Shown here one piece after another: positions 60,790 through 64,000 of a DNA stretch of 64,000 nucleotides. The notes under the pieces were generated by a model. It worked only from the letters and a program-made list of their open reading frames with translations. It was not told where the DNA came from and made no database searches. Each line of letters opens with the position of its first letter. The stretch's first letter is position 1. Both the position numbers and the translations under genes were made by a program. Location of the stretch: the NCBI GenBank assembly GCA_964016885.1, contig OZ024742.1, positions 137,888,001-137,952,000 of the forward strand. The letters run 5' to 3'. This DNA is from Eledone cirrhosa. Lineage: Eukaryota.

Positions 60790-63700
60790 GTATGTATGTT
60801 CTTCTGGTTTTATAATTTCACTAATTTTTTCCTAATAAAGAGAGAGTCGGTTTCTAACATAGACACAAGACTCTCTCATTGGAATTTACACAACATCGAC
60901 TAGGTAGATATGCATGTGTAGATATGGATGTTATTGTATGTGTGTGTTTTGAGTTGCATGTGTGCATTTGTATATGCTTTGCATCTGTAAATGTGTATAT
61001 GCAGTTATTAGATGCAGAATGTTTTGAATGTTTTACATATTTCTACTGTTCCATTAATGGATTGTATTTGTAATTTCCTAACTAGTTGTGTTCTTTCTAT
61101 TCCTGTGAAGCCTAGCTTCTCAAGATTTGTATTGGGGCAGTTACTAACATACCCCAGTGCCCCAATAATCACAGGCATAAATCTGAAGGTGTAATCAGGG
61201 TGGAGTATCTGCAGATTTCTCATCAGTTCTGCATAAATATTCTCCCTTTCGCTAATATTTGATATTATATTGGCCTCTGCTGGGCAGCTAATTTCCACTA
61301 CTGTGCATGTTTCCTTCTCCCTGTCCTATATCATAATATCTGGTCTGTTATGCCTGCATTTTATTGGGCTTTTTAATGGAACATTCCACCAGTACTCTTT
61401 CATATTGTGTACATGATGTCTTCCACATTGCTGTAGCTTTTAATGTGTTTATTATCGGGGCTATATTTTTTACGAACTGCATTGTACAGTGTTTTGGCCA
61501 CTACATCATGCTTCATAGGTAGATAGTTCCACGATGACATCGTTGGACAGCTGTTGATGACATGGGTGATATCCTCGATGTTAGTTCTACAGAGTCTGCA
61601 CTTGTTATCATATATAGGTGTGTTGCCTGCATCCCTATCTCTTTTGTGAATCAGGCATTTCGTGTTAATCTCCTGTTCTTGGATTGCAAAAGCGTATCCT
61701 TCAAAGTGGGAGCCTATATAGCGGTTGTTGGTCCAAGATAGACTACTTTCCTTATCTATATTACTCTCACTCTGGAGCTTCCTAAAACATATCCATGCAT
61801 GATTTTTTTGCTGATAAGCATGCAGTTTTTCATCCATGGATACAATGCTATACTGCTGAGCGACTCCCTTGGGTGTGAGTTTTTGATTATCACACAGGGA
61901 ATATCTCTCGAGGAGTTCCTTCCCAACTCTCATGATCTTATCTGTTTCATGCAGATAGACTTGCTCGAGGGACGAGATGTTGTCGGAGAGATATCATTGG
62001 ACTTTCAAATGTTGTATGGACTGATGTTAGGCCTCTGCCTCCCTGCTTACGTTTCAAGTAAAGGCGGTCTATGTCACTGTTGATGTGGATGTTTCCGGTG
62101 TTGTTTAGTATTTTTCGAGTTCCAACATCAACTGCTCGGATTTCGTCTATCCTCCAATTGAGTATTCAAACATTGGTGTTAGGACAGACACAGCAAACGC
62201 ATTGTGAACCACAGTTTTGTTTTGCACAGAGAATTCCGATGACCAGATCTTTCTTAATCGGGTGTAGTATTCCCTGGTTACGCGTTCTTTATTACAGATA
62301 CCATTATAGGATATGGTCTCAGCTATCCCCAGGTATCTTTAGCAGTCCTCATCAGATATCGGTGAAAGAGTTAGGCCATTGATGACAATGTTGCTAGATT
62401 GGGTTGTTGTTTGTCCCCCGCTTTACAGTCATGTATGAACATTTATCTTGGCCAAACTCCATTCCTATATCCTTTGAGAACGCTGTAATCAGGTCAAGAT
62501 TTTTCTTCATCCCATCCATGTTCTTGGCATAGAGTTTCAGATCGTCCACAAAGAAATTATGGGTTAGGTTCCTATTTCTGTCCTCCTGTGAGCCAATGAT
62601 GTATCCCTCACACTTCTTGAGCAGAAATGACAAGGGGTTTAATAACAAGATGAATAATATCACAGAGAGACTGTTCCCCTTAAATATACCCCTGCAATAT
62701 TTTATTTTATCAGTGAAAATAGAGTCCTCCCTCTCTGTATTTAAGCTTAGGATAGTAGCCCAAGAAGAAGACAGCCTCTCTACGTCTCTGACCATAATGT
62801 CTGGGACTGTAGCAAGCTGGAGGGCCTCTATCATCCAAGAGTGGGGAACAGAATCGAAAGCTTTCCTGTAGACCGACCAGACTGTAGCCATATTTCTCCT
62901 AAGTTGTCGCACCTTCGACATCGCAGTTTTGTTGATTAGGAATTGTTCTGCACATCCCCAAACCCCATTCTCTCCAGCTGCTTGTTCATCTGTGACAATG
63001 TTATTATTTTCACAGTGATCTTGGAGGAATGGGTTCAGGCTGGATGTATACATCTTATACATAAGGTTCTGGCATGCAATGGGTCGGTAGTTTTTTTCCA
63101 AGTGGGTGTTTTTGTTCTTGGGGACCAGTAATGTTTGTGCTAATGTCAACCATTCTGGCATATGTGTATCTCCCTTAAGAACTTGTTGGTAGAGGTCAGT
63201 AAGATACCTTCGATTGGATATCAGTTTTTTTGTACAAGTAGCCGACGATCATGTCTCTTCCTGGTGTTTTCTTATCTTGGAGTTTTCCTATCACAGTCTC
63301 AAGAGTACCCTCACTTATTTCGTATGTTTTTGATTTCTCTTAGCCACACTGCATCTTGGTTGAAATTCTTCTTTTCACCCCATATTTTGCTCCAAAAGGA
63401 ATCTATGTCTTTCTGGGATGGGCCCTCAGTGACACTTATTATTTTATTCTTCAATTCTCTATAGACTGATGTTTGGTTTCGTCTGAATATTTTATGAAGC
63501 ACTTTTCTCTCATCTACCTTCTTCAGGTATCGGTGTTTATCGCTAACAGCTCTCAATTGTTGTTTGAGGGTTATCAGCTTATATTGAAGAGTTCTGTTTC
63601 TACTGTTACCAAACATCGTCTCGATTTTATTTTTCACTCTTTGTTGGTGAGGAGTGAGGTTTTTTGCGTTTGTTTGCATGTAAGGAGCATTGTCACATAT

Positions 63701-63900
63701 CCTATGGTTTTTCGCAGGTCAGCAATCTTTTTTTTTCTATTTTCGTTATATATGATGGTATTTTTGGTGGTGTTCTGTTCTTGTTAATATCTCTGCTATC
63801 AAAAGATAATGCTTCACTGCCGTTGCCAAGGCATATAAACAGGCGTTGATTTGCCAAAATGTTTGGGTTTTTATCCGTCGTAAATATACATCCCATATTT
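60790..63900 (-). mobile_element. R4/Dong-clade (RLE-type) non-LTR retrotransposon, decayed
   Basis: NYRPIAC, YRKAFDSVPH, FFVDDLKLY, CRLC...EDITHVINSCP...HD, RPDIMI.D...VVEISCP, PVIIGALG; 5' boundary approximate. Confidence 0.88.
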
Positions 63901-64000
63901 CGTCAATAACACGTAATATTTCATTATTTATTTTTTTTTATTAAACATTGTCGTTTTAATACGTTTAGCAAGAGAGATATTTATACATGAATTAATTTCT

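Overview
AT-rich, microsatellite-laden animal genomic DNA. The SINE families and repeat landscape resemble those of octopod cephalopods (inference, not a database result). I found no confident host-gene exon; the window is almost entirely transposon-derived. It holds one apparently intact Penelope-like element (PLE; 775-aa RT + GIY-YIG ORF with pseudo-LTRs, 56011-59558) and three decayed PLEs. It also holds two tandem Tx1/L1-clade LINEs plus a deleted third, RTE and R4/Dong-clade LINE fragments, an internally deleted mariner, two non-autonomous Helitrons and many tRNA-derived SINEs. The most notable signal is a dense set of type I hammerhead ribozyme (HHR) motifs in about nine different repeat families, mostly non-coding and mostly sitting in (TA)n tracts. 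One is a 485-bp head-to-tail tandem repeat with one HHR per unit (51736-52785) that looks like a retrozyme (circular-RNA retroelement). Several inserts show 5' fold-back inversions whose turning point lies in HHR stem II. All ribozyme calls come from manual folding and are untested.
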